Assembly (NCBI GenBank): GCA_002633005.1
Contig: NMRA01000041.1
Span: 449,589-513,588, forward strand
Origin: Phoronis australis
Taxonomy: Eukaryota > Animalia > Phoronida
Direction: 5' to 3'
Length of the DNA stretch: 64,000 bases
Shown: positions 12,838 to 25,500 of the stretch, piece after piece
Position numbering within the stretch: position 1 is the stretch's first letter
How the letters are laid out: each line of letters begins with the position of its first letter
Position numbers and translations under genes: made by a program
The notes under the pieces: model-generated
Told to the model about the DNA's origin: nothing
Seen by the model: the letters and a program-made list of their open reading frames with translations, nothing else
The model's database searches: none

Positions 12838-14825
12838 AGGAGAATGCCACCCAAAAGCAACCTAGTTTGCATCAGTTTAGATTGACTAGTTCCACTCGAT
12901 AACAGCAAGTACAGTTCTTTCACCTGACAGCTGACGGCAGACGGAGGTGTTGAAATTAACCAATGACGTCAGAGGCTCGAATGTAGTCTGTTCAGCCTGT
13001 CCAATACATGCTCACTGGTGTCAGCTTATCGTTTGAATTCATCATTTTACAGCAATAAATCCTCAAAATTCGAAGTACCCACTCAAAAAATATATCGCGT
13101 TATTGAACAAACGTGTTATTTTATTTCGCTGTTACGGATTTATAGGTATTTGAAAGTACACAGTTCGGTAGGGCAATTTACTAAGGTCGGTCACGGGAAT
13201 TTGGGTTCTGTTCGGTGATAAATTAAAATTATTCGTCTGTAAAATACAGACAGGAGAACATAGCTGTGTGTTGTAATTTTAGACGCGATTTTTTCCGTTC
13301 TGAAGACACAAAACGGTTGCTATCTCGGCCAGTGGCTCGGAACCCGGTCAAGCACACTGATCGCGGCCGGACTGAAGACATCACGAACATTAACCAAAGT
13401 TGGAAAGTAAACTTTCACTCACGAAAAGAATATACTACTGATCCAAAAAAGGGTGCACGTGATTATTTTGGTGAATTAGCAGCAAAACTACAAATCTACT
13501 TACTAGCTCATCGGGGCCGCGAAATCAGGTTACCCTTCCTCAGAACCGTCAGGGCAAAAGTTGCATAATAACAATGATTCGAGTACTGTATATGAATACC
13601 TAAATAAAGATTCCCCTAACATCTGAGCATAGAAAATAAAATCGAGTTAGTGTTTCACAACAGCTCTCTGTCAGCAAACACTGAATTAGCACAAGCTCAC
13701 ACGGCCTCGGTGTCCGGTCAATTTACTCTATTGCATCTGAAACCGGCAACGCAGTGATTTATTCAGTGCTGGTTTCTCAAAACATTTGTACTCACGAACT
13801 CTTCAAAGCATTGCAAATTGTATCTAATGCGACAGACTTTGTTTCAATTTTATATCAGCATCGGTAACGGTGAGACTACTTCAGGTTCAAACAGAGCGCA
13901 CATCGTCAACGTTGCAACTCGCAATCCCTTAGACGAGTGGTTATCGACGAAGACTCCACAGGTGGATCGTTAGGTTTCACACGCTATCAGTTTCAACCGC
14001 GATACACTGATCAAGAAATAAAAAAGAAAGGCTCCGTGAACGTGCACAGACAACGAAACATGTGGATATTTCCGAAAACCGTTCGAATGACTTGTCATGG
14101 TGTCAGTGAGCTAACTGCATGATAATGGAAACGATTGACGCCTGCGCTAAATTTGCTGTCACAAAATTCCGCAAGTGAAACGCCTTATTGGAGAAACACA
14201 GATTTGTCTTCAGGACCATATCCTGGTTTTGCACTGCATCTAAACAGCGGTGTTCTTACTATTTTTAGGGCTGAGAAAAAAAAAACTGGGGGAAACATAC
14301 TACACACAGAAGACCAAACAGAACACGAAGAAACCAGTCATCAGACAGGTTAAATAAAACGTTATTTTCTCACGCCTTGAATTCATTGTATGTTTATGTT
14401 TTCATGGCCAACTGCAATTCTCCAAAATCAAAAACTGATCAACACCCTGGCGATCCGACGAAATGCAGGCCACTGACAGACACGGAGAAATTTCATGGCC
14501 TTCATACTTGGTATTAACGGCTGACTTTTCATTCTTCACTAATACGAGCCACTTCCGAAGCATTATGGGCCTTCGAGGAAATCGAAAAAAAAAGATTTAC
14601 CAGATTTCCTCGCAGCTTCATAGTTCGCACAAGCGGGAACGATACATCACACAATAGCGGCACTCACCCTGCAGAAGAACAATTTACATCGCTGCGTCGT
14701 TTCTCAATTTCCTCACAGGTCAACACGACACCTCTCGGCGAGGTAATATCTACCGTATACGAGGTGATGTGGATATAGACCGATTAAGACGCAAAAAGAC
14801 AAATTAAATCGGGTGGCATTCTCCT
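12838..14825 (+). mobile_element. Kolobok-type DNA transposon derivative with decayed KolX (P2X7 ballast-like) coding remnant
   Basis: Perfect 15-bp TIR aggagaatgccaccc / gggtggcattctcct beside TTAA at both ends. Internal YQFQP, SWCQ*ANCMIM, CCHKIP, CLQDH.PGF..LN..VL and RGNIYRI...IDRLR. Confidence 0.8.
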
Positions 14826-14935
14826 TTAAACCTATTTGTACTACCATTTCAATTTACTTGCCATAAGTAAAAGGAAAACGTCCATTGCTAAGCGTGTTTG
14901 TTTCGGTCTGCTGACAAATATTAACATACATGTAT

Positions 14936-16173
14936 TAGTCAGGTTTGTTGTGTAATTTTGTTAGAATTTTTGAGCAAAGAGGGAACTATACATTTTTGGA
15001 AACCTCATGGAATGAAAAATAAGAAAAAATTGATTCCATTATTTTGACGGCTATCTTGGATTTTCAAAAATGGCGCTGGTAAAATGGATTTTGCCCAATA
15101 TCTCCGCATTTGAGTCACTTAGAAAGTTGTTTTTATGGCTACACTTGTATCTCTCAGGTCACTGATTTGGAAATTTTATTGGCGGCCACCTTGGTGGCCA
15201 TCTTGAATTTTTAAATATGGCACCCGTAAAATACATTTTCCTCAGTATCTTTGCTCTTGGGTCACTTAGAATGTTAGTTTTAATGGCTGCACCCACATTT
15301 TTCTGGTCAACAAATTTGAAAATGCAACTTATTATATGAGAAACATACTCAAATCCCCATTTATTAGCAGCCACATTTTTAAATGCATTCTTCATGTACT
15401 TCAACACATGATCACTATCTTACTTTCTTGTATAGTTTGTTCGGAGATTGTTTCTTTCAATACACTTTAACTAAAGCAATACCTAAACAACTTACTTACG
15501 TTTGAAGAACGCGAAAGTATATTTTTGTAGTGTCAATTGTCTTTCAAAACTTTGAAATGAGGCTATAGACCATTACTATAACCATCACTGTCACCAGGAA
15601 TCACATCATCATCCCCTTTCTAACATTCTGCACTACAGTACAGCCACTGAATTATTAGACTTCCTCCTGTCTACCTCCGGTCTGACTAGGCGTGACCGTA
15701 ACCGGAGACAGACCGGAGAGTGGGGCGTGAATCAACCGTAAAAAACTAGCGTGAGCGCAAGCGTTACTCTGCCCGGAGCTTACCGTGAGTTAGGCGTGAA
15801 CGAAGCACGAGGGGACCGTGAGTAAGGCGTGAGTCAAGCGTGAGCCATGCTTGAGTTTCCTTGCCATCTTTACAGTCAGGAAAATTGTAACTGCTATTTT
15901 CACTATGTAGCGCGATTAGAACAAAGTGCTGTGTCCTATTACAGAAAACGTTTCTCAGTGCTAGAATCATCTAGTAAACAACTGTAAGAACTTCGACAAC
16001 ATCGGTAAAAAATTTCCCTACAGTGTTTGCAGTATATATGGTACTGGTCAGCTATCTCAAGGCAACAATTCTATGTAACCATTACGCAATATAGTTTACT
16101 ATATACATGTAGTTCCTACTTTCCCCCAAAAATTCAAACGAATGTCAAAATTTGGATATAGTAAACCTGACTA
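14936..16173. mobile_element. Non-autonomous Academ-like element
   Basis: Termini tagtcaggttt / aaacctgacta, flanked by tat/cat. Positions ~14980-15640 match the reverse complement of the right arm of the 22555-27735 element. Confidence 0.75.
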
Positions 16174-16771
16174 CATTTAAAGCAAAACACTTAAAGGAGA
16201 CAATCATACATGTATCTTGTAAGTGTAAATGTATCAGCTGTATCCAATGTATTCTTTCCAGATAACAATTCCCTTATACAGTTTTTAGTAAAATGTAGTT
16301 GCGGATATTTTAAAACGACGAGTGCGCTGGATATAAACGCGTATTCATAGTCATTGTTCCCGACATGTGCACCAATCCGTGAAACCTCATGAGTGTTAAA
16401 GATATCGCAGCTCGTCTTACTAAACATCTTCCTACAGGCATGTCAAAGGCTCAAGTACTGATAAGAGTGAGAGAACACTCCCAGGTACACGGGTACGCCT
16501 AATTTACAAGCTAAAGAGCTCACACATTAAGAATTACAATGAATCTCAACAAATACAGCGCAAACCATGGCCACGATGTATACAAAAACATATAAAACAT
16601 ATGGCGCAGTCATCGTTACAATATACTTTATGTTTATCAACCAAAAAGTAAACCAGTTTGATATTCTCATTACAGACGATGTATTGCGTGATGTTTTATT
16701 AGTTATCATTTATCTCCGAAAGTTGTGCTTATAAGGGTTCTTCTTAGCTGATGACTTGCTGACTTTTTCAG

Positions 16772-17031
16772 AGCGAAGCTGTGGTGGACAAAACTGGACC
16801 GATTACAACGACCACTGTTATTTTCTAAGTATCGGCAAGTCGTGGACAGACAGTCGCCGAATGTGCTGGGGTGTAGGCGCGGACCTGGTGAAAATTGACG
16901 ACAAGAGCGAGTTCGACTTCCTGCATCACTACATATCGACTAAATACCGTGACATTTACAAGGACAATTGGCCTGCTTATAGTCATTTATTTGACTACGC
17001 ATGGTTTTGGATCGGATTGAGTGATAAAGAG
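16772..17031 (+). CDS. Exon 3: C-type lectin domain, N-terminal half
   Basis: tttttcag| acceptor and GAG|gtaagc donor. CGGQNW..YNDHCYF, SWTDSRRMC...GADLVKI and WIGLSD. Confidence 0.92.
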
Positions 17032-17593
17032 GTAAGCATCCCATTCACGAAATCTAGATGAGTTGTAGTTAACGATCACATTTGAGAAGCAGTGTTTTTA
17101 GTTTTTGATTTCATTCTTCCTTAGTATTTTTGACATGCATAAAGAAATTGCTGTCTGAATTTAATGCAAGTAAACATTGCAAAATATCCATTATGTGAAA
17201 AGCAGAGTTATATACTCAGTATTTTGAATACGCAACTTCCAGATTCAATCATGTGGCACTCAATAACATTATTTGACATTTTCTAACGATGTTAACTTCT
17301 CTCGCTTTTGGTACACTTAGGGACCCTAAAAATCTGTCTTATGCCATGTCAACAAAACTTCTTTACTCAGATTACAAATGTTATCGAGATTGTAAAGAAA
17401 CCGCAGTGGTTGAGAACAGAGTAAAAAATTGGCTCCACCCAGTTGGTCATTTTGTCCGTCGAGTATTTTATCGAGCAATAACCAAATCGGTGTCATTTCC
17501 ATCCAAGCCCATGAAATCACTTCCTGCCCTCTTCTGTTTCTCCTTCCCATTATCAGCCTAGTCAACTTTAGATTTAATGTGGCCACGTTCCAG

Positions 17594-17789
17594 CATAATG
17601 GGCAATGGAGATGGGTCAGCGATAACTCGACAGCTACCTTTACTAACTGGGCCACGGGTTACCCTAAGAACGGACATTATGGGATCTACGCAGCGATGAG
17701 TGTTCAACACGATTACAAGTGGCTAGATAAAGCAAATAACTTCGTTCCCCCAGCTCATCGAGTATTTATCAACAAAATTTGTGAAAGAG
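17594..17789 (+). CDS. Exon 4: C-type lectin domain, C-terminal half
   Basis: ttccag| acceptor in phase 0 and AG|gtgagc donor in phase 1. GQWRWVSD, FTNWATGYP, WLD and ICE. Confidence 0.92.
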
Positions 17790-18169
17790 GTGAGCGAAGC
17801 CAGTGATGCTAAGAATTTAACATTACTAGACCGTATTACAGGGTACTAATTTCTTGATTGAAATTTATATTGCTAAAATTGTTGATGGAATAGCTGTGAA
17901 CAGCTAGTGATTATCAGCAAAGGTTAAATTTATAATCGAAATTTCCAAGTTAAGTTTACTACATGATTAGTAAAGATGACCAGAACGTTGCCACAATCTT
18001 GATGACTGCGCGTTCTACTACGACCAGACCGCTAAATCCAGCACCGGCACCGGAATATGCAGCGTCACCGAAAAATCCTATGACCGGAAGACCAAGGTAC
18101 AATGTGCAGGACCATGCAGTAGTCACACTTAATGAATCTGGTGGCCCTGGGTCAAATTTTTATTAGAGA

Positions 18170-18588
18170 CAGATGCTCGGTTGCATGAAACGGTTCCAAA
18201 TGGGGACTCAACTAAGTGCTCTAAATTTACTGCGTTTTGTGGGTTTTTGAAAACATTGATTGTTATGTCTTATGCTGTTTGAGTCTCCTTACTAAGTCAA
18301 TATTTTGCTTTAATACAAACTGAGAGTGAACTCTACGTTGAATTCTCAATATCATTGAAAATAAGTAATGATCTTTTCGTGCAACGCGGCTAATTTAAGT
18401 ACTAAGTCCCTAATTGTTTTGGCTGATTAAGGGCTCAATTTTTAGTTATGTTATTAGAAAATGCTTATAATCAAGACAAAATGATAGAACAAATACTACC
18501 TGTGTGCCTAAAGACCAAACGGATACGTAAAGTTTTAGGGAACTTAGTTGAGTCCCTATTTTGGACTGTTTCATACAACCGACCACTG
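18170..18588. mobile_element. Degenerate Harbinger-like MITE
   Basis: Imperfect TIR gctcggttgcatgaaac / gtttcatacaaccgacc, with subterminal gggactcaactaag / cttagttgagtccc. Confidence 0.55.
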
Positions 18589-18882
18589 AGTTCCACTGCT
18601 GCGTGACTTCTGATATTGTACTTTGGGATGAAGTAGGTTGATATTCTTCCTGAACATGAAGCAGTTGTCTTTCCGATGATCAGCATATTCGTTCGGGAAA
18701 TGAATGTTTTGAGGTCTGCAGTGTATGTATCTATACAATTGAAAATTCAACGTGATCCGTTGCGAAATTGCCCTATACGACTCAGTACAAAGCTTTAGAA
18801 AATATTCACTTCTGGATTCCTCTTGTTATAAATGAGCGAATTAAAATGTGACTCCAGAAATGTTTTGATTTTGAGAGACTGT

Positions 18883-20177
18883 GTAAAGTTTGAGCACCCT
18901 GAAATGGTCAATGACTGTTACACTTCGATCGTTGGCAAACTTTTCCTTTCACAAATGTGTAGTTCTCAATGCTTTGCTAGATTGATTTCACATTGTTGTA
19001 ATTATCGGTACTTGATTTTCTTAACCTGAATTACAAACAAGCTGAATTTACGAGCACATGTTGCCGTTCTGACGAAGTTGATATGATTATCATCCACCTT
19101 GTGCCTAAAAAAACGAGCGTCCCCCCACTCAGAAAAATACTTCGTCGTCACAATCGTGTTTAAATACTATAGGTGCTTTTCAGTGTTAGCACATTCAACC
19201 ATGACTAATTCATCATGTTTATTAACTAATGTAGATTCTCGCATTGCTGGTTCTCAACCCTGTCACATTGCAGATAGACGTTTTCACATGACAAAACGAG
19301 AGTGGCTAGTTAGTACTCTGTGTATCCTCTGGTGTATCTCTGATGATCACGTCTGTTTTCCTAGCGCGAGTTCCAAGGCTCAAACCCAGGATCACAACTT
19401 AATGGATGCTTTACATTCATCCAGTGCATGCTATTGAACATAGGCAGATCTTGAATATAGCAAGATAGACAGAAAGGTGTTTGGAAAAAGAATGTTTGCG
19501 TAACCCCAATGAAGGGGATGCCCTTAGACCAACGTACCACCACCTATGTTAAATTTCATTTTTTACTCGGCAAATATGTTTTTTGCGATTTCTGTTGATA
19601 AATAGTCAGGCAAAAATTGGCTGGTGTCCTTAAGCCGAGGTTGCCAGCACCCCAACACCACTGCCGCCACATTGATACTACAGGTAAGACCACGCATTCG
19701 GACTTGGGTGTTCATCTCGAGGCATCCGTAGTTCCGGATGAAAGAGAACACTCGGTACTCACGTAGCACCATAAAAATCTAAAATTGGTTTAATTCGGTA
19801 CACCATATCTCAGAAACCGCTTATTGAATACATACGACACTTTCAGATAATATGCTTTATGCATGTAAAAATATATCTTGTTCAGTGAGGCGTGCAATAT
19901 GTTGCAAGCAGTTTATCTCGTTCAATCCGCCATCTTTCGATGACATCAGGTGACCTAATGAAATACATGTAAATCCGAATAGATTTCTGCCTCCAACCAG
20001 GACTCAAACCCAGGACCTTCTGCTCACCGTGCAGACGTTCCAGCCACCGGAGCCATCGGGACCACTGGTCAAACACAGAAATCCAATCAGACTCAGGACG
20101 TGACTTCGGACCTATATCCATCAGGTCACGTGATGTGACCAAAAAGACGGTGGATTGAACGGGATAAACTGCTTGCA
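18883..20177 (-). repeat. ~1.3-kb interspersed repeat, copy B (inverted relative to copy A)
   Basis: Diverged reverse-complement match to 9296-10614. Confidence 0.85.
19989..20063 (-). pseudogene. tRNA-like cloverleaf (pseudo-tRNA or SINE head)
   Basis: Minus strand reads GGTCCCGATGGCTCCGGTGGCTGGAACGTCTGCACGGTGAGCAGAAGGTCCTGGGTTTGAGTCCTGGTTGGAGGC. It has a TCTGC/GCAGA stem with a 7-nt loop and A/B-box-like motifs, but no canonical U33. Confidence 0.65.
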
Positions 20178-20894
20178 TCTGCTTTATTTATTCTTCTCCT
20201 AAACGTTAGGAATTATTTTAAATAGTTTCCCCTTATACGAGAACGACCTTTATGATTTTCATGTAAAAAAATAAATTTGTATAAAACAAAAATAAAATGA
20301 TACCTTAGAAAACTGTAACAGCATTTTTGACAACATTTATGACACCGTTGCTTTGCTATCCACGTACCTCTCTTTTCCCTTTTTTTCTCTTTTTTCCAAA
20401 TTTTACTGATAAAGACATACTTACGGGATTCAATTGATAAGACAATGATAAGGATAATCTTCCAACCAAGAACGTACCTGAATATACTTGTCATCTTTCT
20501 TTAGGCGAAGCAAATGACAGTCGCATTGTCTTCGGTTTTGCTTCGAAGATTTGTACAATGCACCGAGTGTCGCAATTTAGTAAGGGTTTACAACATTTGC
20601 AACTTACACTCATTACACTGTCTTTTAAAAATATGAACACCGTGTGTACCAAATAAAATGAATTACATTATCAGAAACGTTCATCTAGTTGTTGCAATGG
20701 TCTTTATAAATGTAAGCAAGGTTCAGTCGTCATCCGACTTGGTTTCCAATGGGAGTGAAAAGTGAAGTTTAAAATAAAAACCATGCCAATGTTCAGAGTG
20801 AACTATGTCTCGATATTTGGCAAATATCATCCTCAGTCAAACAGAATAAAACAAAGCGGCTAAAGTAACGAAGCCAATTTTGATATTTTTACAG

Positions 20895-20980
20895 ATCCTA
20901 ACACTTTTTACTACAAGAAACTGAAAATGAAGCGTATCTACCTCTTTAGAGGAGGTGCCCCGTTCACCATAAACGTGCCG
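20895..20980 (+). CDS. Exon 5: start of Ig-like domain
   Basis: tttttacag| acceptor and CCG|gtaagt donor, phase 1-0. Open frame DPNTFYYKKLKMKRIYLFRGGAPFTINVP. Confidence 0.78.
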
Positions 20981-21236
20981 GTAAGTAAAATGTCATTACT
21001 CATTTCTTATAAAATCAACAGCCAAGCATTTCTGAGCCCTATGTGAGAATGGTGGCAACTCGACGCGCACCCAGAAACGAAAAGTTAAAAACAAGGCAGA
21101 CAATAGTCTTCCCTCACCTCTTTATTGCCAACTTGCATTTTGCATTAACAAAATTCTTTTCTCATGAATGGCATTTTAATGTATCTTCTCTTGTGTCGCA
21201 ATCACAACAAAGTGGAAGCGTATGTGTTCATTCTAG

Positions 21237-21544
21237 GGATTGAGACTTACTAAAGAATGGTTTTACTACGAAGTTGCGCCAATTCAGGCTGCAGCACGTT
21301 ATGCTGAGCGGTCAATGCGACATTTCAAAACCACAATCCCTTTGAAGGATGTTAACTTCATACTCGGAATGGAAATGAGTGCCGAAGTTTCAAAACTTGA
21401 CAGTAAGTGGCAACCAGTGCTGACGTGGGAGTGCAAGCAGAGCAAACACGTGCATCGCTTTCAAGTGGAACCTTTGAACGGCAGAAGAATTCTTGTGGAG
21501 GATATCGAAAATGGATGCACTTTAAACGAAGATGGCTCAATAAC
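21237..21544 (+). CDS. Exon 6: middle of Ig-like domain
   Basis: ttctag| acceptor in phase 0 and AC|gtatgt donor in phase 2. 102 open codons ending NEDGSI. Confidence 0.78.
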
Positions 21545-22554
21545 GTATGTGTTCTTAAATATCAGCGTTGGTGTAGGAACGTTTTCTCAGGGGCGGGGAG
21601 AAAAAGTCAGGGGTCCAAAAAAGTGATCGTTGCCAGTAACCAACGTGAGGCGACGCACCTCCTACTTTAGGCCAGTCTCAGTCAGCAAAATTGTGTTTCT
21701 TATCAAGTTTCAGAAAGTTCGATGTCACTGCCGACGAGAAATTAGAATTATTGCACGACAACACAACATCGAAATATATCGTCTCCGTTTGTGCACGACA
21801 TATTTTGTCGCACGCTGCACGTCTTTTCACCTTCAAGAGGGCGACAGTGTGTTTTGAGTGCTACAGTATATGCTTTTACATTGTGATAGCACATATTGTC
21901 ACCCCCGTGGCTGAGTACGTTTTGACCGACGCGTGAGTGCGTGAATGCGGATTTAGAGCTCGTGGAGCAACCGAAAGTTAAGAGTAGGACAGATCCGAGG
22001 GACACTTTATCCTGCCACAGCATGTGTCTAATTAGCCGGAAATTGTGCATATCCGTGTCACAGGGACATGTGTGCAGTTTAGCGAAATACTAAGTCTCTA
22101 TCTATAGGAAAACACGTTACTCGCAGAAATTTATATATTTTCTTGTTTGGCACATTGTGGCTTTTAGGACGGACAGGGCGTGGAGGTGAAATTGTCGTTT
22201 CCGTGGACTTTTTAATAAAGTACGTAACCCATACTTTGCCGATATGAAAAATAACTGATATGCGTTTAGAAATGAACTGTCCTGCTACGTACAGTAGTTT
22301 TGATTTAGACCACTTTCCGTTATGGAAATGGTCTCAAATTGTTACTTAGCCAAACTAGGTTAATGAAATGACAACGACATTATACCGGAACCTGATATCA
22401 ACGATCCCGGTTGGCATCGGAAAGATATAACATCGGGCTCAGTAACTTAGAGGCACGGGAATGTCGGGACGGCAGAACGTAAAGGTTGGACACGGAAAAC
22501 AATTTGGCTACTTCTGTAAAATGAATGTGGAATACACCATATTTAAATACAGAT

Positions 22555-25500
22555 AGTCAGGTTCACTATGTGAAACTTTTGACATTTGTTGGAGTTTTTG
22601 GGGGAAAGTGGAAACTATACATTCTTGGAAACCTCATGGAGTGACAAGTCAGAAAATAATCGATTTCAATTTTGTGGTGCTCACCTTGGAGGCCATCTTG
22701 GATTTTCAAAAATGGCGGCGGTACAATGGATTTGGCCGAATTTATCAGCCCTTGGATGATTGACAATGTTAATGTCTATGGCTACACCTGCAGTTCTGTG
22801 GTCAATGAATTTGAAATATTAATTTTATTGGCGGCCATCTTGGTGGCCATCTTGAAATTTCACAAATGGCGCCCGTAAAATACATTTTGGTCAATATTTC
22901 TGCTTCTTGGTCACTTAGAATGTTAGTTTTAATGGCTGCACCCACATTTTGTGAGGTAAGGAATTGAAAAACACTATTTCTAAAATGATACATGTAAACT
23001 AAATGATTTTAATAGCAGATACGAACCCCTAGAATATATAAAGGAATCACAGAAACGCAGATTAACCTGCATGTATATTTACAGTGTATATCTATATTTT
23101 TGAAAAGAAATTTGAGACATATCTTTTGAAGATTTCGTTATTATTTCCACTGTTCACTTTGGAATGTAGTTCTCCTCTGCTCACTGGAAATGAATTTTGC
23201 CTTTGACAGTAGCATGGCAGTAACCAGGATGAGGATCAATGGCGAGATAAACAGGCGTTGTAGCCTGCTGGGCAAATCGCCCAGAAACATGCTATCGGCC
23301 ACTATGAATTCACCCTAACACCAAGAGCAATCTTTGCTGCCAGTGGAGCAATGCTGTCATGCACAGACAAATCCAATCGAAACCACCTTCTGCAGAAACT
23401 TTCCGAAGAAGGTGTGTTAGAACAGGACAGTCCTCAAGCTGCCTGCAAGTGAGTTTTTAGACCCGGAAAGCATATAAACAACATCCAATTAGTGTGTTCA
23501 CCCAAGCCACAAAACTGCACGTGTGGATAGTATGGAAGAGATTATGACGATAACATTCTGGTTTTTGACACGCACAAAGACAACTCTTTGAGAAAAAGGA
23601 GGCAGAGAAAGGGTCAAGTACAGTACCCGATACGAGATGAGACTTACATAAAGAACATTCCAATGAGCCTTTTCCTCTCCCATGACCAAAAAGGCTCAAG
23701 TAACTGAATATCTGTCTGCAAAGACACTAGAATATAATAAAAACTGCCAAGATAGCCATTACTTAAGCTTTAGGAATAACAAACAGCAACCGACGTGATC
23801 TACGCTTAAAAAAACGATCACCATAAAGCAGATGTAATGGTGTAGCACTGTACATCATGCAGTTCTGGCATCACATCAAAAGTTCTCTGATTCTCGGCTG
23901 ATGTTTTTTTCACCTGACATAGATTTAACTGCTGCTCGTCATTGCCTATTATGACAGGCTTTTCAGAAATACTTCAGTCCCCATGGCATCTGGGATTGTG
24001 GATGTGAATCCAATATGGACAATATTAGTTGCTGTCCGGGCAAAGGTTCTTCCTGCTTCCCATGCTTTTACATGGACAGAAAACAGGGGTCCATTCTGTA
24101 GGATGAATGTATTTTTGAAGGAAGGCAAACACTGATGATATCAATGCACTGCAGACTTTTTGTACTGCTTATTGAGTAACAGGCGAACCTCTTTTCACAT
24201 TAGCCCCTTTTACATGTGCATATTCACCACAGGGTATAGACACAAATAGCATCCCATTGGTAAGAAGGTACCTCCCCTGTAAACATACGGCTGACAGCGA
24301 CAAACGTCCGCCAACCATTGGTTCTTTGAAACAGCAAGTGCTGAGGGTGTTTATTCAAACCAGTGTGTGGGGCCAGGCAGTCATTGCTCGACAGGAGTTC
24401 CTTGACCCATCGCAGAATGAATTTACAAGAACAGAGATGACCAACTGAAACCCTCACAACTGAGGAGCTTACGGCGCCAGAGGCTATCATTGAGATAGTT
24501 AAATGCCAGTGCAAAAACAATTCCTCTTTCCAAAGATGCTCTTGCGGATCAAAGAACCTACATGTATCTTTCACAGATCTATATCAGTACCCTAGACATC
24601 TTAATACATGGACCGGGCGCGCGCCACCCAGATACATGCAGCTCGCGTTGTCAATATGACGCCATATTGGAGAATGCTACACAGGACAAAAATGGCGGAA
24701 AACACTGGGAGCCCTACGGCATCAGTCAGAAAATCGGCGGACTCGCAGTGTTAGGCTTGCAGCCAACGAGTTAAGATTATTGGTCCTGCTATTGAGTCAT
24801 AGTTTTTTTGGTTTGGCCATGGATTTTATTGGTTCTGCAACTAGGTTTTTGTGTTCTGCCACCATAATTTAAGCGTTATATGCGTTATTTCCACACCAGT
24901 CTTGGTGGTTGAGGCCATATATGATCAATTAAAAAAGGTAATTATTAACTGGCATATGCTATTATCCAATTATGATGCTGTTTGCTAATTATTTTTAAGT
25001 AAATATTTATCATCACTGACAATCATATGTATTTTTGCTTGAACTGAAAAATAACATCCCCGAACTTGTTCGCCAGCCGGGGCACCGAAGTCAGTACATG
25101 AATAGTGTATTCTCTATTGAAATATATACTGCTTTAAAAACTCATTTCTTAATATGTATTGCAAAATCAGATGTTTTCTGTTATATCAAAACAACAAAAT
25201 CTCTGCAAAATCTGTACTTACAGTATGTCGAAGTTGATATTGGAAATTTTGTAGATTTGCACTGCTTGCTAACGAGCTATCTGTTTTGTGACGAAACTTG
25301 CGGAAAAAGTAAAGTGCATAATAACCAAAATATCAAAGCTGTACGAATGAATTGCACATCTAACCTTTACCCAAAATACAGAATTTCCCACTCAAAACCG
25401 AATGGAAATATACCCAACCGAGCCGATGTAGCCGTTTTAATCACGACTCCGTGAAAAATTTCCCCGGTTAGTTTTTCACAGGGTCTGAATTTAATGTGAA

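Noticed and set aside
13960-14800. Host P2X7 receptor gene
   Set aside because: Only the Cys-rich ballast-like part is present. It has stops and frameshifts and lies inside transposon TIRs.
19989-20063. Functional tRNA-Thr(GGT) gene
   Set aside because: Non-canonical anticodon loop, mutated T-loop and acceptor stem, and embedded in a dispersed repeat whose other copy is partly deleted.
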